The translations under genes and the position numbers were made by a program. DNA of 64,000 bases from a virus, in the IMG/VR virus record IMGVR_UViG_3300044631_002183, positions 1-64,000 of that record; one strand, written 5' to 3'. Below are positions 49,005 through 57,097 of the stretch, piece by piece. Numbering within the stretch: position 1 is the stretch's first letter; each line of letters starts with the position of its first letter. Below the pieces are notes generated by a model, which had not been told where the DNA came from, did not search any database, and was given only the letters and a program-made list of their open reading frames with translations.

Positions 49005-52000
49005 TGGGAATAAGAACAACAGCAAAGAAAAGCTATCCAATAGCAGGAAGCGGAGAAATTCCGGGAACTTCTTCTTTGCCAACGGTAGAATTCAGATATA
49101 GATCTTATGAAGATTTAAACAAATTTGATCTTATCTTTGTGGTATCTAATGCTTTAACAGTTTCATTGTCTAAGCAATTTAGAGATGGATCTTCGGGAGC
49201 TTTGATTGGAAAGCCAGAAATTAGTGATGTTAAAGATTTTGAATTCCAAACTTTTACTAAAAATAGATCTTATACTACTGTATTTATTTTAACTGCGACA
49301 AATTCTATTGGATCTGTATCGACTTTACCTTTATATATTGATCCAGCGATTCCAAATATTATAGATTTGCCAGATGAGATTGTTTCTGATTTTAAAATAT
49401 CGAGAGAAACAGACTCTTATGATTTAATAAACTCTCAGCTTACACTATCAATTACTGATGTTTTTGATATATCAAAGCTTTCTTCTTTAGAGCTGTTTTA
49501 TAAAAGAAAAGATTTTGAACAGTGGAAGTCTTTAATTTTAAGTAAAGATAATCCTATTGTATTAAAAAGTAACAACGGTTCAGAATCTGGATATGTTTTT
49601 GACTTCAAGAAACAGCCTATTTCAAGGCCAAATTCAGGAGGATATTTTGATTTTTATATAAAAATAAATCTTTCGAATATAGAGCCTGTATACACAAGCA
49701 CAAAGACTCTATTCTTTGATAATCTAGATGACACAGCGCCTCAAAGGCCTAAAGACTCTTCTATTTCTACAAATATTGTAGATATAGAAAATCCTGCTAC
49801 ATTAAGATACGAAATATCTACTAAATTTTCTGAAGTATATACAATCACCAACAATTCTAGTTCTATAGACCAAAATGATGTTCAATCATCTCCAGCGGAT
49901 TCTTATTCTCATGGATTTTTGGACACTAATAAATTTAAAGGTTTATCTGTAGGATCTTATACTTTTGTAAATGAGAACGGGAAAAATTTATTCTATTATG
50001 AATATGATAATGCCGGAACAAAGGGGTATTTTTATCCAGCATCAGTTTCAGAGATATATCCATGCATAGTGACTAATAAAGAGGGTGGATCTAATAAATC
50101 CATCGTTCTGTATTGGAAAGTAAATGATGATTTTTTTGATTACAGTTTTTTTGAGAATAATATATCAATAACCACAACAAATTTTCAAGTAAAACTACAA
50201 TATAAAGACTCTAGTTCTTATGTGGATCTAACTAATGCAATAAAGATAACTAAAGATCCAGTTCAAATGTCGGCCAATGAGAATACTAAATTTGGCTTTT
50301 TTTCTAAATATCAAAAGTTTGTTTTATCAATAGAGAGAGATGTAGATATCAAAAATAATACCGCTAAATCTTTATTCGATAGGATAAGCGAATCTGATAA
50401 TTCAAGCGATAATTTAAGACTTGTAGTTTTAAAACATGATGTAGATTGCTATTTCGGTGGAGTTACAAGAAGCTATTTTTTTGATAAAATGCTAATGCCT
50501 CCTAATTGGAAGTATATAGCTTATGACAAATATATTACAAACAAATACATCACAAATACTGATCTAGAAATAAGGACCGCTTCTGATAAAAAAATCAATC
50601 TTGATTTAGCGAGCCCAATTTTAAGAGGTATAAGGCTGCCAGACGCTGGATTCTATAAGTATGACCAGTTAAATGGATTGAAAGTAAAATTCTCGGATTC
50701 TTATGGAAATAGTGCAGTAACTACCTTTGATTTTAAGATTTTGTATAAGTTATCTTGCGAGTATGATGTATTTTATAGAGACCCAGTTTTAGAGGGAACA
50801 GTTAATTCAATTTTATTGCCATCTATACCGAATGATGTTTTCTTAATACCGCCGACTTTAAAAGTTTCTCCTCCAAATTTAGTTCCAGAGTCACAAGGCG
50901 GAAAGCAGGCTGAAGGAATAGTAAAATTAAATGAATATGGCAAAATAGTAGGTCTGCAAATAACTGATCCCGGGCATGGTTATTCGTTATTCAAAACACT
51001 CCAAAGCAAGAGAGAGCAAACTTTTACAGATTTAGTACCTTTTGTTAAAAAGTCTTTTCAAATAGTAGCCAATGATTTAAATATTTCTAGAAGCGTATTA
51101 ACTTTGCAAAATAATTCTTTTGATAAAGAAAATCTTGTAGCTTCTTTGGAGGGTGGAGTTAGGTTAGCGAGTGCATACGCAGACAAACAAAGGTTAGAGC
51201 AGAACGGCGGCAACTCGTTCTCGGCTGAGCAAAAAGCTAAGCTTGATGATTATTTAAATTATAACTTGCCAGAAGAGTCAAGTAATACAGAAAATTCAGT
51301 AGAGTTATATAATTTAGAAATGACAGAAGAGGAAAAAGATGTCTCTTCTATAGGCATTTTAAATGAGACTTGGAATATAATTTCAAAACTATATACTGAT
51401 AAGTACATAAATCCAATAGAGCAGTCTCAAGTTTACACAGAAGACACAGATGCCAGCGTAAGCGAAATCGAAGAGTCCAGTATACCTAGTACAATAAATA
51501 CTACAAAAGACTCTACGGCAATAACACCGATATCTCTCAATCCAAATGTCCAGCAAAAGAGTGCTAGTGGTGGCTCTCCAGAGTTATTCTCTCTAAATGG
51601 CTTAACTATAGTACCAGATGCAAGTGCCGCTGTATTTGTGTCAAGCAAATTCAATGCTCCTCCTTGGTTAACTCTATTGCCGCTTTCTGTGAGAGCGGAT
51701 GGTCAATACGGCTTTGGTCCTTTGGCGAATATGCTTCCTAGAGCGGAAATGTTCAATAGGTTAGTCATGGGAATAAATAATCTTAATGAGGTAAGAGTTA
51801 TTCTGCCAATGATTTGGGCTATAGATCAAAAAAATACTAACAATACTTGGTATGATGTTTCTAGTGGAGAAAATGAATATGAATTAATATCTTTCAATAC
51901 TAACGGCACAAAAGTTGGGGCAAGCAGCGAATCAAGCTCTTATCTGCCAATAAACTCTCAATTAGGAGTGTCTGCTTCTAGAAGCGTGACTAGAAGCGAG

Positions 52001-52510
52001 CTTAAAGCAGATGAGGCTGAGCCTATAGGTTTGTCAGCAAATGTTTATAAGGTTTCTTCTGAAGACTCTTCGGCTGTATCATTCAAGCCATTTGTGCATC
52101 CTTTGATGGCTAAGTCTTTTAAGGAAAGCTACCTAAGAACATTTAAGAGAAAAATATTAGGAATAGTTACAGAACAAACAACGACTTGCGTAAATAATAA
52201 CGCTCCGATAGGAATAGGGGGGTATACAGCAATTGGTTGCAATGGAATATTCGGAGACGCATACGAAAAACAAGTCCCTGCTGGTACTTTATTGCCAACG
52301 CCTAATGAAAATTATAATACTTACTTTGCATTTTTTGATGCAGGAGGAACAATAGAGGCATCTGCTCGCGGCACTGCTCAAGCTCTATCAGTTTCAAATG
52401 GAACAAATAATGGAAGAAAAGTTTTCTGCACTTATAATTGTGGAGATTCATATTCTAAATCTATAGATTTTAGATACGCGAATATGTTCCCAGGAACAAT
52501 AAAGATATGA
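49004..52510 (+). CDS. tail-associated protein (1168 aa)
   Basis: Ig-like N-terminus (LTATNSIGS); PPT..V...GKIVGLQITDPGHGY repeat unit; AEMFNRL...INNL helix; Cys-containing C-terminus. Confidence 0.5.
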   Translation: MGIRTTAKKSYPIAGSGEIPGTSSLPTVEFRYRSYEDLNKFDLIFVVSNALTVSLSKQFRDGSSGALIGKPEISDVKDFEFQTFTKNRSYTTVFILTATNSIGSVSTLPLYIDPAIPNIIDLPDEIVSDFKISRETDSYDLINSQLTLSITDVFDISKLSSLELFYKRKDFEQWKSLILSKDNPIVLKSNNGSESGYVFDFKKQPISRPNSGGYFDFYIKINLSNIEPVYTSTKTLFFDNLDDTAPQRPKDSSISTNIVDIENPATLRYEISTKFSEVYTITNNSSSIDQNDVQSSPADSYSHGFLDTNKFKGLSVGSYTFVNENGKNLFYYEYDNAGTKGYFYPASVSEIYPCIVTNKEGGSNKSIVLYWKVNDDFFDYSFFENNISITTTNFQVKLQYKDSSSYVDLTNAIKITKDPVQMSANENTKFGFFSKYQKFVLSIERDVDIKNNTAKSLFDRISESDNSSDNLRLVVLKHDVDCYFGGVTRSYFFDKMLMPPNWKYIAYDKYITNKYITNTDLEIRTASDKKINLDLASPILRGIRLPDAGFYKYDQLNGLKVKFSDSYGNSAVTTFDFKILYKLSCEYDVFYRDPVLEGTVNSILLPSIPNDVFLIPPTLKVSPPNLVPESQGGKQAEGIVKLNEYGKIVGLQITDPGHGYSLFKTLQSKREQTFTDLVPFVKKSFQIVANDLNISRSVLTLQNNSFDKENLVASLEGGVRLASAYADKQRLEQNGGNSFSAEQKAKLDDYLNYNLPEESSNTENSVELYNLEMTEEEKDVSSIGILNETWNIISKLYTDKYINPIEQSQVYTEDTDASVSEIEESSIPSTINTTKDSTAITPISLNPNVQQKSASGGSPELFSLNGLTIVPDASAAVFVSSKFNAPPWLTLLPLSVRADGQYGFGPLANMLPRAEMFNRLVMGINNLNEVRVILPMIWAIDQKNTNNTWYDVSSGENEYELISFNTNGTKVGASSESSSYLPINSQLGVSASRSVTRSELKADEAEPIGLSANVYKVSSEDSSAVSFKPFVHPLMAKSFKESYLRTFKRKILGIVTEQTTTCVNNNAPIGIGGYTAIGCNGIFGDAYEKQVPAGTLLPTPNENYNTYFAFFDAGGTIEASARGTAQALSVSNGTNNGRKVFCTYNCGDSYSKSIDFRYANMFPGTIKI

Positions 52511-52770
52511 GCTTAGATAATTTTAGCAATTTATTTAAAGAAGCTGCAAAAGTTTCTAGAAGTCTAGCGTCATCAGCGGCTAAAGCAGGAGTAGCAATTG
52601 CAGATGGTAAACCAATTATAGCCCAAAAAAACAAATCTCAAGAAAGATTAGACGTGTGCAATAAATGCAAAGACCTAGACAAAAGCCTAGGTCGATGCAC
52701 TGTGTGTGGATGCTTTGTATCTGCTAAGGTTAAAGCAGATTATGAAAGCTGCCCGTCGGGCAAATGGTAA
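52507..52770 (+). CDS. small six-Cys metal-binding protein (DUF6171-like)
   Basis: RLDVCNKC...RCTVCGCFV..K......CPSGKW; ATGA overlap with the upstream gene. Confidence 0.65.
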   Translation: MSLDNFSNLFKEAAKVSRSLASSAAKAGVAIADGKPIIAQKNKSQERLDVCNKCKDLDKSLGRCTVCGCFVSAKVKADYESCPSGKW

Positions 52771-53463
52771 TTAAGCCTTTTTGATTCTCTCAATAAGCTC
52801 GAAAATCTTTGGCTTAGAAAGATCGTTAATAGAAGTAACTTCTTCAGCCTTCTCGTACTTGTCCTTGATAAGGCGCTTTTGAATCTGCTCGAAAGAAATA
52901 TTCTTTTCTTTCATAAGATTATAAAGCACTGTAGCTGGAGACATTGGATTATCTGACATTGGCTCGTCAATAACCTTAACGCCGATTTCTTCTTGGCCAA
53001 CAATATTGATCTTCAAGAAGTTGCGAACACACCTTACAAAAGCTCTATTTTCAGCTATTGCAGCTAGATAGTTACGAGCAAAGCTTTGCGTATTATCTGG
53101 AGAAGCGTCAGCTAAAGCCTGAAAAGACACATCTACATTTGAAGTCTCGTAATTACCAATCCAATTAATGTAGCAACTAGCGATTACATAATTTGGACTA
53201 GCTTCTGGAACGTCGTAAGAAACGCAGGTGAAACCTCTGATTTGGGCAAGCTCTTTGATGCCGCCGAGAAGAATAAGGAGATCCTTGTCTTCTAGTTTTG
53301 TGATATCTGTTTCTTGAGTGCGCTGCTTGTTAGGCACAAGAAACTCTGGGCGGATCATCTTGCGCCAGTTAACATAACCATCTTCATTGAAGATGTACGG
53401 AATTGGCGGCTCTTCTAGAAGACCAAATTGGTTCCTTTTAAGGGTTTTCGGAGGAGTACTCAT
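52771..53463 (-). CDS. putative single-strand annealing recombinase (Rad52/Sak-like)
   Basis: GGIKELA..RG, ADA...N, AIAENRAFVRCVRNFL.I..VG.EE pattern, plus a small helical C-terminal domain; replication context. Confidence 0.5.
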   Translation of the reverse strand: MSTPPKTLKRNQFGLLEEPPIPYIFNEDGYVNWRKMIRPEFLVPNKQRTQETDITKLEDKDLLILLGGIKELAQIRGFTCVSYDVPEASPNYVIASCYINWIGNYETSNVDVSFQALADASPDNTQSFARNYLAAIAENRAFVRCVRNFLKINIVGQEEIGVKVIDEPMSDNPMSPATVLYNLMKEKNISFEQIQKRLIKDKYEKAEEVTSINDLSKPKIFELIERIKKA

Positions 53464-53470
53464 CGTGTCT

Positions 53471-53499
53471 AATGTGGATTAGATTTGCTCTTTCGTCAA
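53471..53499 (-). promoter_or_regulatory. sigma70-like promoter, probably leaderless
   Basis: TTGACG (53499-53494), 17 nt, CACATT (53476-53471), 7 nt, ATG 53463. Confidence 0.5.
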
Positions 53500-54630
53500 G
53501 AAGTAAAAGTAATCAGCCTCTTCTTTGAAGGACTCATCTATAGAAGTCGGAAGCGCGGATTTCGCTTCTCTTACATTATCGCTGCTGATCATAGATTTAG
53601 CATGCCATCTACTACAGAATGTTTTTCCAGATTTAACTACTATTTTATTGCCTTTAAAATATACCTTAGATTTATCTAATCCATCTAAGAACTTGAGATC
53701 TAATACATTCAGACGATTTATTTTTTTGAAATCCATGTATTTCATTTTTTCTTTGTCCAGATCTTCTCCAGTCAAAGATGTAATAAGATCAAATTCTATC
53801 TCTAAAGAATGAAGCAAAGATACGAAATCATCGTCAGAATCTTTTTCTATTCTATAGTATAGCTTTTTAATATTGTTCTTACGGCGAATCAGTAAATTCT
53901 TGTTTATTGGTTTATTTGTAACTACAGAAGCTGATAGAAGCTGCAATTGTTTATCTAGATTATCTTCTGAGAAAAAGTAATCCATTCTAATAACTAGTTC
54001 ATTCTTCCCATCGGCTTTGATATCAAAGACATTATCTGGCATTATCTCTATGCTTTGCGTAGCATAAACTCTTCCGACAGAGATTGTATTATCGAATTCT
54101 GGAGTATAATTGAATAGCATTTCGATTATTTTTTTAGCTATTTCTTCTGGTCTAATATTATTTATGGGCGCAGCAGTTGGATTTACGAAGTTTTTGCGCT
54201 TACAATCTGAATCGATAACGTTCTCTTGTTCTAGAGTGTTCTCTAAATAATAGTCGTATTTTAAATAACACTGTTTAACACCATACTCAGAGCATATCAA
54301 AGAATAAATTTTAGAAGCTCCACAGAAAAGCTTCGCCCTTTTTAATAGATAAGTTTTCTGGGCTAAGTGAACAGAATTATCGATATAGACATGCTTAAAG
54401 TGATACTTTTTATCGTCTATGAAATGAATAATATTTATATTTGCTTGCTTTAGGAGCGGCTCAATTAACTCAATTACTCTAAACCAAAAATTGTAATTTT
54501 TATTTGGGTCTGATGATTGGGTATCTAAAACTATATAATCATCGAATGGAAGTGGAAAAATTTTCTCGTAAATATGCGCTTTGCCCGGCTCTAGGCCGGT
54601 TGTAGCTTTGAAAGATTTTAGCAAGTTCAT
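53479..54630 (-). CDS. degenerate GT9-like glycosyltransferase (C-terminal lobe) plus extra domain
   Basis: DYIVL...Y.FW..VIELI.P.L, TYLLKRAKLFCG and INNIRPEEIA resemble the GT9 C-lobe; the usual G.DS motif is not conserved. Confidence 0.45.
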   Translation of the reverse strand: MNLLKSFKATTGLEPGKAHIYEKIFPLPFDDYIVLDTQSSDPNKNYNFWFRVIELIEPLLKQANINIIHFIDDKKYHFKHVYIDNSVHLAQKTYLLKRAKLFCGASKIYSLICSEYGVKQCYLKYDYYLENTLEQENVIDSDCKRKNFVNPTAAPINNIRPEEIAKKIIEMLFNYTPEFDNTISVGRVYATQSIEIMPDNVFDIKADGKNELVIRMDYFFSEDNLDKQLQLLSASVVTNKPINKNLLIRRKNNIKKLYYRIEKDSDDDFVSLLHSLEIEFDLITSLTGEDLDKEKMKYMDFKKINRLNVLDLKFLDGLDKSKVYFKGNKIVVKSGKTFCSRWHAKSMISSDNVREAKSALPTSIDESFKEEADYFYFLTKEQI

Positions 54631-56492
54631 TTGATTAAAACAGAATGATGATTATTAATAGAAAAATTATCTAAGCAATATGATTCGTAAAAGTTATTTT
54701 TCAAAAACTCTGGATCTGAAAATTGCTTAGTCTGCACGAAGGCTTCCTTTATTAATGTGTTGCCAGAAAAAATTGGCTGGCTGTTCTCATTAGAGGAAAC
54801 AAAGATATGCTTATCTGGATACTTTTCTTTTATAGCTGATATGATTTTAGTAGATAGAAATATATTCTCTAAAGTAGAATTAATTGAAACAAATATTCTA
54901 TCCTCTGGCTTAGTGTCTCCGAAGAGATCTTCTAGTTTAAAACTTTTATTTTTATCGTTTTCTTTGTATGCTACTTCTCTGAAATATTGATCGATAGTTT
55001 GTCTTGAAGTCCCAGCTTTGATCTTTTCTATCCAATGCAGCAATCCTTCATCGTCGTCAAGTACTTCTTTAGATAAAATCAAAGAGTATAGAGATTTTAA
55101 CCAAAGAATATTATCTTCTGCTTCTGGAATATCAGCGTTTGGATTGCATGATTTTACTGGATCTTTTTCCAAAGAATACTCCTTAAAGTCGCAAGAGTCT
55201 AAAAACTTTTCTATTTTTTCACCAACACTAGTAACAGAAAAATTATCAATAACCCATTTTCTAGCTTGCTTGCCCATCTTAGCTTTTTGATCATCTGGCA
55301 TTTCATAGGCAAGTTTAAGGTTATTAGCTATAGAAACTGGACAAGTAGAAGCTTTAATGAATTCTGTGCCGAACTCTCTATACTCGCTCCAAGCCAACGG
55401 AATAGAAGCGGCTTCAGGCTCGCACATTTCCTCTCCGCAACTATAATTAGTAACAAGAGTAATTAATCCAGTTAACTTTGCTTCTTGAATGGGAATCTCT
55501 TGGCCACCACTTGTAAATGGATGACAATAAACATCCATTAAGTTATAAATTTCATTCAACTGCTTTTCAGTAGTCCCAAGAGATGTAGAGGTAGTCACGC
55601 AAGAGTCTTTAGTTTTGCATCTATGGCAATCTGCATCATGCCCTTCGAAATTACGAACATGATAAGATCTGCATTTTTTACAAATATAAGTCGTTAAGAT
55701 GTCGCGCATATCTACTCCGACTTCTTTGCAAAGTTTTTCTATGCCCCAACCTTCTTTCCAGTGAGTGTGCAATAAAAGCTTAGGTTTGCTATTTGGATTT
55801 TGACTTTTGAAAGATTTAAATCCTTGTAGAAGATTCGGAACAGACTTCCTCAACTGATTTCTGAAAACAAATCCTATAATAAAATTATCTTGGTCTATGC
55901 CATTATTTTTTCTTAGAGCAGCTTTTTCTTCTTTTGAAAATGGTTTGAACTCTGAAACATCAATAGCTCCATGGACAGTTTGAACATGAGTGTGTCCAAG
56001 CTTGTGCATTTCTTTTTCAGCAAAATTAGACCAAACCCAATAATTCTTGATCTTAGGAGCAGCGGCAACAGCGGAAGGCAAAAGAGGCAGAGAATCTAAA
56101 GTAACCCACAAAACATGATTTAGTCTATTGAACCAAGTTTTATTTATCGCATAATCTACTCCCCAAAAATCTTGGACTCCAATATAGATATCTGGTTTTT
56201 CTTTTTCAATAATTTTATCTAGCTCTAAAGCGCCATAAGAATAAAGTCTTCCTTTATCTGGGTGAGAATTGGCTTCTTCTAGTTCTGGACCGGAAGTTGG
56301 GTAACATCCATAGCTTTTCCAAGGAGTTCTTTCAAGTTCTGTGTTATTTTTTGTTAATCCGCCGCCAAGAGAGATAATCTCGTACTTACCAGTCTTATAT
56401 AAATAAGAAAGAATGGCCTTGGTATTTCTACCAAAGCCAGTCTTAGACAGAGCAAAATCGCTGTGATAAAGAATCTTTTTCTTTTTTACCAT
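54627..56492 (-). CDS. multidomain GT-B (GT4-like) glycosyltransferase
   Basis: KILYHSD...TGFG, FRNQLRK, HPFTSGGQEIPIQEA donor-binding motif; CxxC...CxxC insert; DUF4214-like helical segment; GT9 N-lobe-like tail. Confidence 0.75.
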   Translation of the reverse strand: MVKKKKILYHSDFALSKTGFGRNTKAILSYLYKTGKYEIISLGGGLTKNNTELERTPWKSYGCYPTSGPELEEANSHPDKGRLYSYGALELDKIIEKEKPDIYIGVQDFWGVDYAINKTWFNRLNHVLWVTLDSLPLLPSAVAAAPKIKNYWVWSNFAEKEMHKLGHTHVQTVHGAIDVSEFKPFSKEEKAALRKNNGIDQDNFIIGFVFRNQLRKSVPNLLQGFKSFKSQNPNSKPKLLLHTHWKEGWGIEKLCKEVGVDMRDILTTYICKKCRSYHVRNFEGHDADCHRCKTKDSCVTTSTSLGTTEKQLNEIYNLMDVYCHPFTSGGQEIPIQEAKLTGLITLVTNYSCGEEMCEPEAASIPLAWSEYREFGTEFIKASTCPVSIANNLKLAYEMPDDQKAKMGKQARKWVIDNFSVTSVGEKIEKFLDSCDFKEYSLEKDPVKSCNPNADIPEAEDNILWLKSLYSLILSKEVLDDDEGLLHWIEKIKAGTSRQTIDQYFREVAYKENDKNKSFKLEDLFGDTKPEDRIFVSINSTLENIFLSTKIISAIKEKYPDKHIFVSSNENSQPIFSGNTLIKEAFVQTKQFSDPEFLKNNFYESYCLDNFSINNHHSVLIK

Positions 56493-57061
56493 AGATCGTC
56501 ATCCGACGACTCCTGCTTAGGAGCCTCTTCCTTTTTAGGAGGGGCTGCTTGAGGAGTAGCGGCTGATCTATTATCTTGTTCTAGCGAAGCCTTTTCAAAA
56601 CTTTTCGCTAGAGCAAAGCAGAAGAAGGACTCAAGGCGGACGCCCTCACCGAATGTAAAGCCAATTAAAAATGAGGTCTTGTCCTGAGAGTTCTCCTTGC
56701 TCTCCTTTGAGACTGAAAAAGAGTAACCAACTTGGGCCATCTTTGATGGATCTTCCTTAGTGCCGCGCATGTAAGGAGAGAACTTAATCCTAGTAACCTG
56801 CTTAGCCGAATCATGGAACGCAGAAATTTCGCCATTGCGCCTAATAGCGGAAATGATATCAGAAGCCTCAGTGAGGCTTAGCTTGACGGAGCATGACATT
56901 TTTGGATTCTGGGCATTGCCAGCGAATGAACCACGCTTAGTTTGGTCATCCCAACTAGCTTGCTTGATCATGTTTACGAAGATGCAGTCGTCCTTAGCAG
57001 AATATTTAAAGGAGCAGCCACAGCCAGTGTTCTTAGGATTCGGTTTGTAAAATTGAAGCAT
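56486..57061 (-). CDS. putative single-stranded DNA-binding protein (Whirly/PC4-like)
   Basis: Start corrected to ATG 57061 (MLQFYKPN); duplicated beta-beta-beta-alpha pattern; Pro/Ala linker; acidic aromatic tail ESSDDDLW. Confidence 0.55.
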   Translation of the reverse strand: MLQFYKPNPKNTGCGCSFKYSAKDDCIFVNMIKQASWDDQTKRGSFAGNAQNPKMSCSVKLSLTEASDIISAIRRNGEISAFHDSAKQVTRIKFSPYMRGTKEDPSKMAQVGYSFSVSKESKENSQDKTSFLIGFTFGEGVRLESFFCFALAKSFEKASLEQDNRSAATPQAAPPKKEEAPKQESSDDDLW

Positions 57062-57068
57062 ACAATTT

Positions 57069-57097
57069 ATAATGGTATTTTTACTCCGGATTGTCAA
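57069..57097 (-). promoter_or_regulatory. sigma70-like promoter, probably leaderless
   Basis: TTGACA (57097-57092), 17 nt, CATTAT (57074-57069), 7 nt, ATG 57061. Confidence 0.6.

Noticed and set aside
50528-50557. KYITN-KYITN 15-nt tandem duplication
   Set aside because: Real but only two synonymously diverged copies, with no sign of function.
13981-52770. Apparent abundance of CTAG, AGCT and GATC sites
   Set aside because: Visual impression only; plausibly explained by preferred codons (GCT, AGA, CTA, TCT). It needs a Markov-corrected count before any claim.
57062-57097. TTG start for the SSB-like gene
   Set aside because: This TTG is the -35 box TTGACA inside dnaE; ATG 57061 fits better.
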